NCBI GenBank assembly: GCA_018647945.1
Contig: JABGSE010000083.1
Location: 2,638 to 66,637, forward strand
Length of the DNA: 64,000 nt
Direction of reading: 5' to 3'
From: Flavobacteriales bacterium
GTDB lineage: Bacteria; Bacteroidota; Bacteroidia; Flavobacteriales; BACL11
Part shown: positions 9,501 through 17,630 of the stretch, piece after piece
Position numbering within the stretch: position 1 is the first letter of the stretch
Layout: each line of letters begins with the position of its first letter
Program-made: the position numbers and the translations under genes
Notes under the pieces: generated by a model
What the model was told of the DNA's origin: nothing
The model's input: only the letters and a program-made list of their open reading frames with translations
Databases searched by the model: none

Positions 9501-10042
9501 GCATGGTATAAAAACTGAGATTTATGAGAATTCTGATTTGTTTCTAAAACGAAATCAAGGGAGTCCGTTCCCGTTCCAACTGAAGTAGTATTTTCCGAAG
9601 CAATAGAATTTACATTTGCAGTTTGCTGAATAAATTGAATAAAATTATATACAGGATTGAAGGAATAATCATATCCTAATCCTGAATAATTGGAAATAGA
9701 ATGAGATGGAGTTTTAAGTAAGAGTGAATCGACACGAGTAGAATCGTGAATGTAAGTATTACAGGAATAATCCCAAGCACCACAACCAATATTATTTGCT
9801 TGCCCATTGGTATTGACCACATTATCCTTACATCTCATATTGTAAGAGAGTATAATTTTCTCGAATGTTAAATTCGGATCATTTGGAAAATAAGCAATTG
9901 TATCTCTATTTCCTCCTGACCAAGGTCCACTTCCATAAGTCATGCTGTAATCAAAAGTCTGAACAACAATTGTATCTCCAACGGATTGAGAAAAAGACCA
10001 AATACTAATACAACACAATACTGCTATTAATTTTATTTTCAT
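6566..10042 (-). CDS. secreted T9SS type-A cargo: PNGase F-like two-domain amidase fold interrupted by a ~520-aa insertion with a LamG/concanavalin-like module
   Basis: Signal peptide ...SIWSFS|QSV. PNGase F-like motifs are present: VVQTFDYS, GCGAWDY, SFVTPYG, FDVTDY, IVGTPP, ITGHGQEGEFIPQTHT, ECADNPI, YDRAGWCPG. There is a LamG-like stretch (ITVSFWINGNE...WDGKIKEVRVFN). The C-terminus is a Por_Secre_tail (LTIYPNPATNHLII...GIYFIKI...). Confidence 0.6.
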   Translation of the reverse strand: MKIKLIAVLCCISIWSFSQSVGDTIVVQTFDYSMTYGSGPWSGGNRDTIAYFPNDPNLTFEKIILSYNMRCKDNVVNTNGQANNIGCGAWDYSCNTYIHDSTRVDSLLLKTPSHSISNYSGLGYDYSFNPVYNFIQFIQQTANVNSIASENTTSVGTGTDSLDFVLETNQNSHKSQFLYHADELAVLGLINDTINALSLNILSGTQGVNFLSIKLKLTTDTVLSANSPHISGFTEVYNSNTVLQNGINKFQFTNPFVWDSVSNVIVEFSFTNSTSGTTTLIQGEWTSDIMGLNSSDAHHITVHSAESIDLPTTALGSISDEITVSFWINGNENVLPQNTTIFEAYDASGSRTVNIHFPWSNGRMYWDCGNSGTSSYDRIDKAANLNEYTADWSHWAFTKNATTGEMNIFRNGVLWHSGTGMNRTMDIATLKLASQGNANGYFWDGKIKEVRVFNIELSISTILDWMNKRIDNSHPDYANLLAHYPLDEGVGTTSLDNTANQQIATFSGNVNWNSDRGDNINQFFTETNSRPNIDFYQGIYNLTISTDTILDSVMAAANTVNEYAIDPNWGTLLNDDIITLSTNTYWEAVSYTYDAFGNQISSVATTIDGTINITDLPYYKRYPMAFQIMSFVTPYGAYLDLGVDGKTWYFDVTDYAPVFNGNKRITMDAGGQWQEDMDIKFLFIVGTPPRDVLEMQNIWKVQSKNYTQIQNNDAYEPRTHNLLLNADAFKVRTVITGHGQEGEFIPQTHTLNIDGGTVDYSWQVWTECADNPIFPQGGTWIYDRAGWCPGQPTDLREDDISFLVTPGQSHIFDYNVLGGSGTTKYWTSSQLVSYGSPNFTLDAAIVDVLSPTNKVNYIRKNPMCSKPEVVIQNTGSDVLTSLTIEYWINNSPDKETFTWTGNLNFLEKETVSLPDPSSLWIDTNSSNNVFYTEISNPNGLADGYSFNNNISSTFELPEIMPSVFALWFGTNNGMVNAFTQESETTWKFLDNNDNVVYSSGTLYANNQYRDTLSFDGRCYTFVINDADDDGLEFWNNNDGAGMVRFREIGASWIKDDFELDFGKYLQYEFMVEQAISSVDNQDYNLTIYPNPATNHLIINGDLSNFSELVITDNLGKVVLSEVINKNSNSQKINIKSLAKGIYFIKIDDGKIIRKIVKQ

Positions 10043-10053
10043 AATTTTATTTT

Positions 10054-10617
10054 TTATTCATCAATTTCTGTTACACCACCAGAAATAATGAGCTTCATCA
10101 CCTCAGCAGAAGATTTGTCAATTGATTTTATATATTTTGTTTCTACCACAAAAAGTTGTCCGGAAATTGCATAGGAATGAGGTAAATAAACCAATACTTT
10201 CCCTGATGCAATATTGAGGGATTCTACATCTTCATTTGTAATAAATCCAATTCTTTCAATTGTGGAATTTTCATAAACTTTTACCAAAACAGGGTTACTA
10301 AATCCTTTTTTATCTCCCACAAAAGTATTCATTAAATCCTGAACAGATGAGTAAATTGTTTTTAGTAATGGGGCTTTTTCCAACAGTTTCCTAAAAAAAA
10401 TTTTAATCGGACTTGTAATAATTACTGAACCTAAATAACCAAATGCGGTTATAATTATTAATAAAATAATAATACCCAAATATTTCATATTTTCAGGTAA
10501 GAAATCCCCTATAATACTATTTAGTACAGTGTACGATTTTACAATTACCCAAACAAGAGCAGCGACAGGAACTATGTACAATAATCCTTTAAAAAAGTAG
10601 CTTTTTATATTATTCAT
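10054..10617 (-). CDS. DUF502-family membrane protein
   Basis: 187 aa. Two N-terminal TM helices (GLLYIVPVAALVWVI; GIIILLIIITAFGYL) followed by PLLKTIYSSVQD, as in DUF502. Confidence 0.6.
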   Translation of the reverse strand: MNNIKSYFFKGLLYIVPVAALVWVIVKSYTVLNSIIGDFLPENMKYLGIIILLIIITAFGYLGSVIITSPIKIFFRKLLEKAPLLKTIYSSVQDLMNTFVGDKKGFSNPVLVKVYENSTIERIGFITNEDVESLNIASGKVLVYLPHSYAISGQLFVVETKYIKSIDKSSAEVMKLIISGGVTEIDE

Positions 10618-10736
10618 AATGTTAAAATTTTATAATAATTTGAAGTCATAAAATTAATAATTTAAAACTAATAACAATGAAAAAAGTAATGTTAATAAGT
10701 TATTTTTTGGAGCAATTTATCAATATAGAAGCTTTG

Positions 10737-10744
10737 TAAATTTG
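10737..10744 (+). promoter_or_regulatory. -7 promoter box for the OmpA-family lipoprotein gene
   Basis: TAAATTTG, 25 nt upstream of the ATG at 10770. Confidence 0.4.
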
Positions 10745-10769
10745 AAGAGTATTATAAAACCATAACTTT

Positions 10770-11768
10770 ATGAGAAATTCAATAGTATTATTTATCCTTG
10801 GATTATTGCTTGCTAGTTCTTGCGTGAGCCCTAAAATCCACAATGGAGTGCTTTCCGATTACCAACTCTCTCAAAAAAATCTGGTGAATAAAGAAAAACA
10901 AATCCTCTTACTTTCGGATGAGGCAGAAGAATTAAAATACACTGTCAGCAGTCTAAAAAATAAGTTGAACAAAATGAAAAGTGATTCCATTCAAAACGGA
11001 ACTGCTCTAATCAATTTACAAAGTAAATATGATGAGTTGAATATAGCTTACGATTTACTTTCTAGTAAAAATAGTAGAGAATTAGCAAAAAAAGCAAAAG
11101 AAACAAAACAATTATTGGAACAATTGGAAGAGGCTCAAAATAAATTATTATTGAAAGAAGATGAGCTAAATACACTATCCATTACATTATCCGAAAAAGA
11201 AAACGAACTCAATAAATCTCAAAGAGAATTAGAAGTAAGATCGGCTAGGGTAACAGAATTAGAATCAATTATTAACCAAAAAGATTCAATACTAACAGCA
11301 CTGAAAAATAGGATTTCCAAAGCACTAAAAGGGTTGGAAGGAGATGGACTAACAATAGAACAAAGAAATGGTAAAATCTATATTTCCTTAGAAGAAGATT
11401 TACTTTTTGCTTCTGGAAAATACAATATAAATCAAAGTGGTAAAGCGGCTTTAAACAAACTTTCCGCAGTACTTTCTAATCAAAATAATATTGAAATTCT
11501 AGTTGAAGGACATACCGATAACATCCCACTAAGTGGAAGTAAACTTATAAAAGACAATTGGGATTTGAGCGTGATAAGAGCGACTTCAGTTGTAAAAATA
11601 ATGCTAAACAATAAAAAATTAGATCCTTTACAATTGACCGCCGCTGGAAGAGGAGAACACAACCCAATTGCAAATAATGAAAGTGCAGAAGGAAGAAAAA
11701 TGAATAGAAGAATTGAAATGATTCTTTCTCCTAATTTGGATGATTTATTTGATTTACTAGAAGAGTAA
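10770..11768 (+). CDS. OmpA/MotB-domain lipoprotein with a long coiled-coil N-terminal region
   Basis: Lipobox LLLASSC, then ~190 aa of heptad-rich K/E/L sequence. The C-terminal peptidoglycan-binding domain shows VEGHTDNIPL, NWDLSVIRA and NRRIEMIL. Confidence 0.8.
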   Translation: MRNSIVLFILGLLLASSCVSPKIHNGVLSDYQLSQKNLVNKEKQILLLSDEAEELKYTVSSLKNKLNKMKSDSIQNGTALINLQSKYDELNIAYDLLSSKNSRELAKKAKETKQLLEQLEEAQNKLLLKEDELNTLSITLSEKENELNKSQRELEVRSARVTELESIINQKDSILTALKNRISKALKGLEGDGLTIEQRNGKIYISLEEDLLFASGKYNINQSGKAALNKLSAVLSNQNNIEILVEGHTDNIPLSGSKLIKDNWDLSVIRATSVVKIMLNNKKLDPLQLTAAGRGEHNPIANNESAEGRKMNRRIEMILSPNLDDLFDLLEE

Positions 11769-13112
11769 TCTAAAAACCTCTTCAATCTTGGAACATTGTT
11801 TTATTTCAATGTTAAATGCAGAAGGGTTAAACTTATTAAATTTAGAAATGATAATTTGCTTGTAACCTAACTTTTCAGCTTCTGCTATTCTCTGTTCTAT
11901 TCTGTTTACTGCTCTTATTTCCCCTGAAAGACCTACCTCAGCAGCAAAGCAAACTTGCATTCCAATTGGTTTATCCTGATCGGAAGAAAGTACTGAACAA
12001 ATAACCGCCAAATCAATTGCGGTATCGTCTGGTTTTATTCCTCCTGTTATATTTAAAAATACATCTTTTACTCCCAATCTGAAACCACATCTTTTTTCTA
12101 AAACAGCTAGTAACATGTTCAATCTTCTGGTATCAAAACTGGTGGCCGACCTTTGAGGAGTACCATACACAGCAGAACTCACCAAAGATTGAATCTCAAT
12201 CATAAGTGGGCGAGCGCCCTCAATAGTTACTGCAATTGCCACTCCAGAAGTTTCTTCATCTCTATCTGAAATCAGAATTTCTGACGGATTATTTACTTCC
12301 CTTAAACCACTTTGCGCCATTTCATACACTCCTAATTCTGATGCAGAACCAAATCGGTTTTTAATAGTTCGGAGTATTCTGTACACATGATTTCTGTCTC
12401 CCTCAAATTGAAGAACAGTATCTACCATATGTTCTAAAATTTTCGGACCTGCAATTGCTCCGTCTTTATTTATATGGCCAATTAAAAATACAGATGTTCC
12501 TGTTTGTTTGGCATATTTTATCATTTCGGAAGTACATTCTCTAATTTGAGAAACACTTCCAGGGGAGGAATCAATATGTGTAGTATGCAAAGTTTGAACA
12601 GAATCAATTATTAATATTTCAGGTTGTACTTTTTCTATTTGTTGAAATATATTTTGAGTAGATGTTTCGGTAAGAATTAAACAATTTCTCGAACTATTTT
12701 CTACCCTCTGAGCTCTCATTTTAATTTGACTTTCACTCTCCTCTCCGGAAACATATAATATCTTTTTTTCGGATGTAAGTGCTAATTGCAGTAATAAAGT
12801 AGATTTTCCAATTCCAGGATCACCACCCAAAAGCACTACCGAACCAGGAACAATTCCTCCTCCCAAAACCCTATTTAGTTCTATGTCGGAAGTTTTTATT
12901 CTTTTCTCCTTAGCAAAGGAAATATCATTAATGGAAACAGGAATACTCACCTTGTTGAGTCCATTCCAAGTTTTTGTTTTTTCTTCTTTTTCAATTACTT
13001 CCTCTACAAAAGTATTCCACTCGTTACATTGCGGACATTTACCCAACCACTTTGGAGATTGAGTCCCACAATTTTGGCAGAAAAATGCAGATTGAACTTT
13101 CTTTTTTGCCAT
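11757..13112 (-). CDS. radA: DNA repair protein RadA/Sms
   Basis: Zn ribbon CQNCG...CPQCNEW, Walker A GGDPGIGKST, KNRFG motif and a Lon-like C-domain. Confidence 0.95.
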   Translation of the reverse strand: MAKKKVQSAFFCQNCGTQSPKWLGKCPQCNEWNTFVEEVIEKEEKTKTWNGLNKVSIPVSINDISFAKEKRIKTSDIELNRVLGGGIVPGSVVLLGGDPGIGKSTLLLQLALTSEKKILYVSGEESESQIKMRAQRVENSSRNCLILTETSTQNIFQQIEKVQPEILIIDSVQTLHTTHIDSSPGSVSQIRECTSEMIKYAKQTGTSVFLIGHINKDGAIAGPKILEHMVDTVLQFEGDRNHVYRILRTIKNRFGSASELGVYEMAQSGLREVNNPSEILISDRDEETSGVAIAVTIEGARPLMIEIQSLVSSAVYGTPQRSATSFDTRRLNMLLAVLEKRCGFRLGVKDVFLNITGGIKPDDTAIDLAVICSVLSSDQDKPIGMQVCFAAEVGLSGEIRAVNRIEQRIAEAEKLGYKQIIISKFNKFNPSAFNIEIKQCSKIEEVFRLLF

Positions 13113-13603
13113 TAATCTTGTTTTATTTTATCTACAATATTTGTGGTAGAAAAACCATCTATAAAAGGAACTAAAATCACTTCACCTCCATTTTGTAAAA
13201 CTACCTCATGTCCTGCAATTTCTTCTACTTTATAGTCTCCTCCTTTCGCTAATACATTAGGCACAATAGTTTCAATGAGTTGTTTTGGAGTATCTTCCGA
13301 AAACAAAACAATTGCATCTACAAATTGAAGTGAAGCTAATAATATTGCTCTAGAGTTTTCATCAATAATTGGTCTGTTTTTACCTTTTATTTTTTGAATA
13401 GAAACATCCGAATTTAATCCAATAATTAATCTATCTCCTAAATCTGCTGTATTTGCCAAAACCTCAACATGTCCTCTATGTACCAAATCGAAACATCCAT
13501 TTGTAAACACAATTTTATCTCCATCTTGCTTCCATTTATCTGATTGAATTTTTAAATCCGAAAGAGCAAATATTTTAGATATTATGTTCTGTAAGTTTTT
13601 CAT
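13112..13603 (-). CDS. stand-alone cytidylyl/adenylyltransferase homologous to HldE (RfaE) domain II (heptose-1-phosphate adenylyltransferase-like)
   Basis: Motifs TNGCFDLVHRGH (HxGH), GLNSD, KGGDY and STTNIV are colinear with HldE domain II as I recall it. At 163 aa there is no kinase domain. Confidence 0.75.
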   Translation of the reverse strand: MKNLQNIISKIFALSDLKIQSDKWKQDGDKIVFTNGCFDLVHRGHVEVLANTADLGDRLIIGLNSDVSIQKIKGKNRPIIDENSRAILLASLQFVDAIVLFSEDTPKQLIETIVPNVLAKGGDYKVEEIAGHEVVLQNGGEVILVPFIDGFSTTNIVDKIKQD

Positions 13604-14634
13604 TAGGATTGTTTCCTTTTAGTTAAAGATAAAATTAACAAACCGATAGAACCCATGATAATAGCTACTAATGTTTGCGCTATATGTACAATAGTTGGAA
13701 ATAAAAGAGCTGGATTTGATGGATCTCCATTTTCTCCTAAAAATATGGTCCCGACTCCTAAAACTGAAAGTCCAATCATTACAATTGCATGATAAGACCC
13801 TACTCCTCCAGGTGTTGGAATAACCATCCCTATTCCACCCAAAACCAGTAAAAATAATCCGTCTGAAATAGTAAGATGAGAAGTTTCAGGGATTGCCTGA
13901 AAACAAATATAAGTCATCAGGAAGTACATGATCCAAATACTAAAAGTATGAAACCAGAAAGCTGATTTCCGTTTCATTTTTTTGATGCTTTTAAATCCTT
14001 CTTTTAGTCCCTCTATAAATTCTATTATCTTCTCATAAAAGAATGTTTTTACAATCCATTTTTTAAGGAAGTAATACGCCAAAGTAAAAGATAGTAATAT
14101 TGCTAATAAAACATAATATTTTGTAGAACTTGAAGGTATTGAATCAGAGCTCTGTGATCCTAATTCTGTGAAAAATGTTAATATCAAATCGAACTTTAAT
14201 ATTAGAGTAAGCAAGAACAAGCTTATTAAAAATACAAAGTCGATAACTCTCTCTACCAAAATTGTACCAAAAAGTTTATCAACCGGAATTTTCTCTACTC
14301 TATTAAGTGCTGTACATCTGGAAATTTCTCCAGCTCTGGGGATAAACATATTTGTAAAATAACCAACTGAAACTGAAGAAATAGAATTCATTTTTGAAGA
14401 ATTATATCCTAAAGCATCAATTAAAACAATCCATCTCAATCCTCTATTTACATAAGCCCATCCTCCAAAAATCATGGAAAGGATAACCCAAACAAATTCT
14501 ACTTCCGAAATTTTCTCAATAAGTGCAATAGGATCCTGATTTCGGAACAAAAGATAAATAATAAATCCGGCAAACGACAAAGAAGCAACGTACTTCAAAA
14601 TAACAAATGAGATTTTTTTATTACTTTCTTTCAT
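13603..14634 (-). CDS. UPF0104 / lysylphosphatidylglycerol-synthase-TM-region-like (flippase-like) multi-pass membrane protein
   Basis: 343 aa with ~8 hydrophobic helices. The RGLRW and PTPGGVGSYH-type motifs are typical of this family. Confidence 0.55.
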   Translation of the reverse strand: MKESNKKISFVILKYVASLSFAGFIIYLLFRNQDPIALIEKISEVEFVWVILSMIFGGWAYVNRGLRWIVLIDALGYNSSKMNSISSVSVGYFTNMFIPRAGEISRCTALNRVEKIPVDKLFGTILVERVIDFVFLISLFLLTLILKFDLILTFFTELGSQSSDSIPSSSTKYYVLLAILLSFTLAYYFLKKWIVKTFFYEKIIEFIEGLKEGFKSIKKMKRKSAFWFHTFSIWIMYFLMTYICFQAIPETSHLTISDGLFLLVLGGIGMVIPTPGGVGSYHAIVMIGLSVLGVGTIFLGENGDPSNPALLFPTIVHIAQTLVAIIMGSIGLLILSLTKRKQS

Positions 14635-14643
14635 GCTGTAAAA

Positions 14644-15483
14644 CTAAAAAATAATATTGTCAATTAAGCGAACTCCCGAAATAGATGCCGCAATACAAGC
14701 CGCATTATTTCCTCTCTCCTTAAATTCAGTAATCGGATGTAGGTTTTCCAAGGAAACTATTTCCAAGTATTCTAATTTCAATTCAGATTGATTGTTGAAT
14801 TTATGTATTGAAAGTTGTTTTAGTTCTTCTGGAGAATATCTAGAAGAATTCTCTTTTATAAAATGTAGAGTTTCATTAATTAAATTAGCTTTTTGCAAAT
14901 TTGTTTCCGAAAGTCGCTTGTTTCTGGAACTCATAGCAAGTCCAGAAATTTCTCTTTTTGTAGGAACTCCAATTATTTCAATTTCTAAATTTAACTGTTT
15001 TGTAATATGCCTTATTATCTGAAGTTGTTGAAGGTCTTTTTCTCCAAAGAAGGCTTTATCAGGATTTACAATCCTAAATAATTTCTCTACAATTGTTGCA
15101 ACACCATCAAAATGACCTTTTCTACCTGCTCCTTCCATAAAATTATCCAACCCATTAAAGTCAAAATGCTTTGATTTTTCATTTTCTGAATATAAATCTG
15201 ATACTTCTGGTAGGTATAAAATATCACAATTTTCTTGTTCCAAAATTTCAATATCCCTCTCTATCGTTCTTGGATATTTTTCTAAATCAGTTGAATTGTT
15301 AAATTGTGTAGGATTGACGAAAATACTGCAAACTACTAGGTCGGAACTTGATTTTGCGTTTTTAATTAACGATATATGTCCATCATGCAAAGCTCCCATT
15401 GTTGGTACAAAAGCAATAACATTGTCTTCACTTTCCTTAGAAAGAAATATGGTTAACTCCTTTGTAGTTTTTAGTACTTTCAT
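14644..15483 (-). CDS. panC: pantoate--beta-alanine ligase
   Basis: VPTMGALHDGH (HxGH), FGEKDLQQ and SSRN motifs. Confidence 0.95.
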   Translation of the reverse strand: MKVLKTTKELTIFLSKESEDNVIAFVPTMGALHDGHISLIKNAKSSSDLVVCSIFVNPTQFNNSTDLEKYPRTIERDIEILEQENCDILYLPEVSDLYSENEKSKHFDFNGLDNFMEGAGRKGHFDGVATIVEKLFRIVNPDKAFFGEKDLQQLQIIRHITKQLNLEIEIIGVPTKREISGLAMSSRNKRLSETNLQKANLINETLHFIKENSSRYSPEELKQLSIHKFNNQSELKLEYLEIVSLENLHPITEFKERGNNAACIAASISGVRLIDNIIF

Positions 15484-15505
15484 TTATAAATTTCGTATAA
15501 AAGAG

Positions 15506-15513
15506 CAAATCTA
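15506..15513 (-). promoter_or_regulatory. -7 promoter box for the panC operon
   Basis: Reverse complement is TAGATTTG, 22 nt upstream of the ATG at 15483. Confidence 0.4.
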
Positions 15514-15546
15514 AATCAATTGCTTGATAAAAAGCATAAATTTTCG

Positions 15547-15554
15547 TAATTTTG
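15547..15554 (+). promoter_or_regulatory. -7 promoter box for the GlgA-like gene
   Basis: TAATTTTG, 19 nt upstream of the ATG at 15574. Confidence 0.45.
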
Positions 15555-15573
15555 CATACTAATACAACTTTTT

Positions 15574-16407
15574 ATGGGAAAGAAAAAAATATTATTTGCC
15601 TCACAGGAGATATATCCGTACCTTCCAGAGACTAAAATGTCCAATGTAGGATTGCATTTACCGAAAAAATCCATTGAACAAGGAAACGAAATTCGTGTTT
15701 TCTTGCCAAAATTTGGTACAATAAAGGAAAAAACAAATAATCTGCATGAAGTAATTCGTCTTTCTGGGATGAATTTAATTATTGATGATTTCGATCATCA
15801 GTTAATTATTAAGGTAGCATCAATACAATCTGCCAGAATGCAAATTTACTTTATTGATAATGATGAATATTTTCCTAGAAAAATAAAGTTTCATGATGAG
15901 GAAGGAAACTTTATGAAAAACAATGAGGAAAGAATGATTTTCTATTGTAAAGGAGTGATTGAAACAGTAAAAAAATTAGGGTGGTCTCCAGACATGATAC
16001 ATTGTCAAGGTTGGTTCTCCTCTTTAATTCCACTTTATATTAAAACACTATATAAAGAAGATCCTCTTTTCAAGGATACTAAAGTAATTTATTCAGTATT
16101 CGACACTGATTTTGAAGGAGAATTAGATTCTGCTTTGATGGAAAAATTATTATTTGAACGAAAACTTGAAGAAAGTGATGTTAAAGGAATTAAAAATCCA
16201 TCTTTTATAAACTTAAACAAATTCGCAATTGACTATTCGGATGCAATTACACAAGCAAGTAAAACTATAAATTCTGATGTTTCTGATTACATAAAAAAGA
16301 GCGACAAACCATTTATGAAATATCCTGGTGAAGAAAATTATGAGGAAACATACAATAATTTCTTTGATACTTTAGTTGAAGAAGAAGAATTAGAACTTTC
16401 AGAATAA
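15574..16407 (+). CDS. short glycogen/starch-synthase-like protein (N-terminal Glyco_transf_5-type domain only)
   Basis: KILFASQEIYPY...IHCQGWFSSLIPLY resembles the GlgA N-domain. At 277 aa it lacks the C-terminal GT-B nucleotide-sugar half. Confidence 0.6.
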   Translation: MGKKKILFASQEIYPYLPETKMSNVGLHLPKKSIEQGNEIRVFLPKFGTIKEKTNNLHEVIRLSGMNLIIDDFDHQLIIKVASIQSARMQIYFIDNDEYFPRKIKFHDEEGNFMKNNEERMIFYCKGVIETVKKLGWSPDMIHCQGWFSSLIPLYIKTLYKEDPLFKDTKVIYSVFDTDFEGELDSALMEKLLFERKLEESDVKGIKNPSFINLNKFAIDYSDAITQASKTINSDVSDYIKKSDKPFMKYPGEENYEETYNNFFDTLVEEEELELSE

Positions 16408-16415
16408 AAAGATAA

Positions 16416-17627
16416 ATGAATAAAATACAAAAATCAGTTTTCTTATTATTAGGAACTGTAATTTTCGCTTGTACCGACCCAAACATTATTGGATTAGAAG
16501 TACAACCTCCATCAGATAAAATAATTATTAAGAACGATTCGATAGAATCTTTTTCAATTACAACTGTTTCGGAAGACTCTCTACGGTCGGATGAAGCAAG
16601 TAAATTGTTATTGGGACAAATAGACGATCCTATTTTTGGAGAAAATAAAGGAGAGTTTGTAACTCAAATGTTATTACCTTCCAACAGCATTGATACCATA
16701 GAAAATGTAGTGGTAGATTCAGTGGTTCTTACCTATGCATACTCTTCATTTTATGGGGATTTGGATGAGAACAATGATTTTACAGTGGAGATTTTTGAAA
16801 TAGATGAATCAATTTTTAAGGATAGTATCTATTATTCTGATTTCATCCCTTCTTATTCTGGAAGTAATTTGAGTATTGCCAATCAATTTTCTGATTCGGA
16901 CCCAACACAATCTGTTTTAAATATACTTTTGGATAATGATTTTGGACAAAAATTAATTGATGCAACTGGAACTCAACACATGGTAGATAACGAATCCTTT
17001 TTAGAATTTTTTAAAGGATTTTATGTAACGGCTACCGCATCCAACACAATAATGTATTTGGACCCAAATTCTTCAAAATCAAAATTGAGTGTTTATTATC
17101 ATGAAATTGGCGTAGACACTATGTTAAGTTTAGACTTTGATTTGGCATCTGAAGCTGCCAGAATAAATATATTTAACACTAAAGAGATGTCAAATCTTCC
17201 TCAAATTGAAGGGGAAACTTATATACAATCAATGGCTGCTTTCAAAGCAGAATTTACTTTTAACGATATACCAGCATTAAAAGATACTCTTAGAGGGAAA
17301 GCGATTAACAAAGTAAGTATTGACTTTGAAATAATAAAAGATGAAAATTATCCATCTCACGATAAATTGTATTTGGTAAGAGAAACAAATGATGGAAGAA
17401 TTGTGTTTCTGACCGACTTTACTTTAGAAGGAGATGAACATTTTGGAGGGACTTTAGAAGAAAACAAATATAGTTTTAATATTAGTCGGTATTTTTACCA
17501 ACTTTTAAACGATACTGAATATACAAATAAACTGTACATTTTATCTTCCGGAGCAGCTGTAAACGCAAACAGAACTATTATTGACAATAGTAAAATTTCA
17601 ATTAGTATTATTTATTCTGAATTATAA
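16416..17627 (+). CDS. DUF4270-like lipoprotein
   Basis: Lipobox VIFAC. The position between the GlgA-like gene and glmS is the flavobacterial DUF4270 slot as I recall it. Confidence 0.5.
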   Translation: MNKIQKSVFLLLGTVIFACTDPNIIGLEVQPPSDKIIIKNDSIESFSITTVSEDSLRSDEASKLLLGQIDDPIFGENKGEFVTQMLLPSNSIDTIENVVVDSVVLTYAYSSFYGDLDENNDFTVEIFEIDESIFKDSIYYSDFIPSYSGSNLSIANQFSDSDPTQSVLNILLDNDFGQKLIDATGTQHMVDNESFLEFFKGFYVTATASNTIMYLDPNSSKSKLSVYYHEIGVDTMLSLDFDLASEAARINIFNTKEMSNLPQIEGETYIQSMAAFKAEFTFNDIPALKDTLRGKAINKVSIDFEIIKDENYPSHDKLYLVRETNDGRIVFLTDFTLEGDEHFGGTLEENKYSFNISRYFYQLLNDTEYTNKLYILSSGAAVNANRTIIDNSKISISIIYSEL

Positions 17628-17630
17628 AAT

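Noticed and set aside
10677-10739. 20-codon mini-ORF (MKKVMLISYFLEQFINIEAL) in the DUF502/OmpA divergent spacer
   Set aside because: There is no promoter box in front of it, and it overlaps the TAAATTTG box of the downstream gene. It is most likely chance in AT-rich DNA.
17628-17630. Looked for a glmS ribozyme or leader upstream of glmS
   Set aside because: Only 3 nt separate glmS from the upstream lipoprotein gene, so there is no room for a ribozyme.
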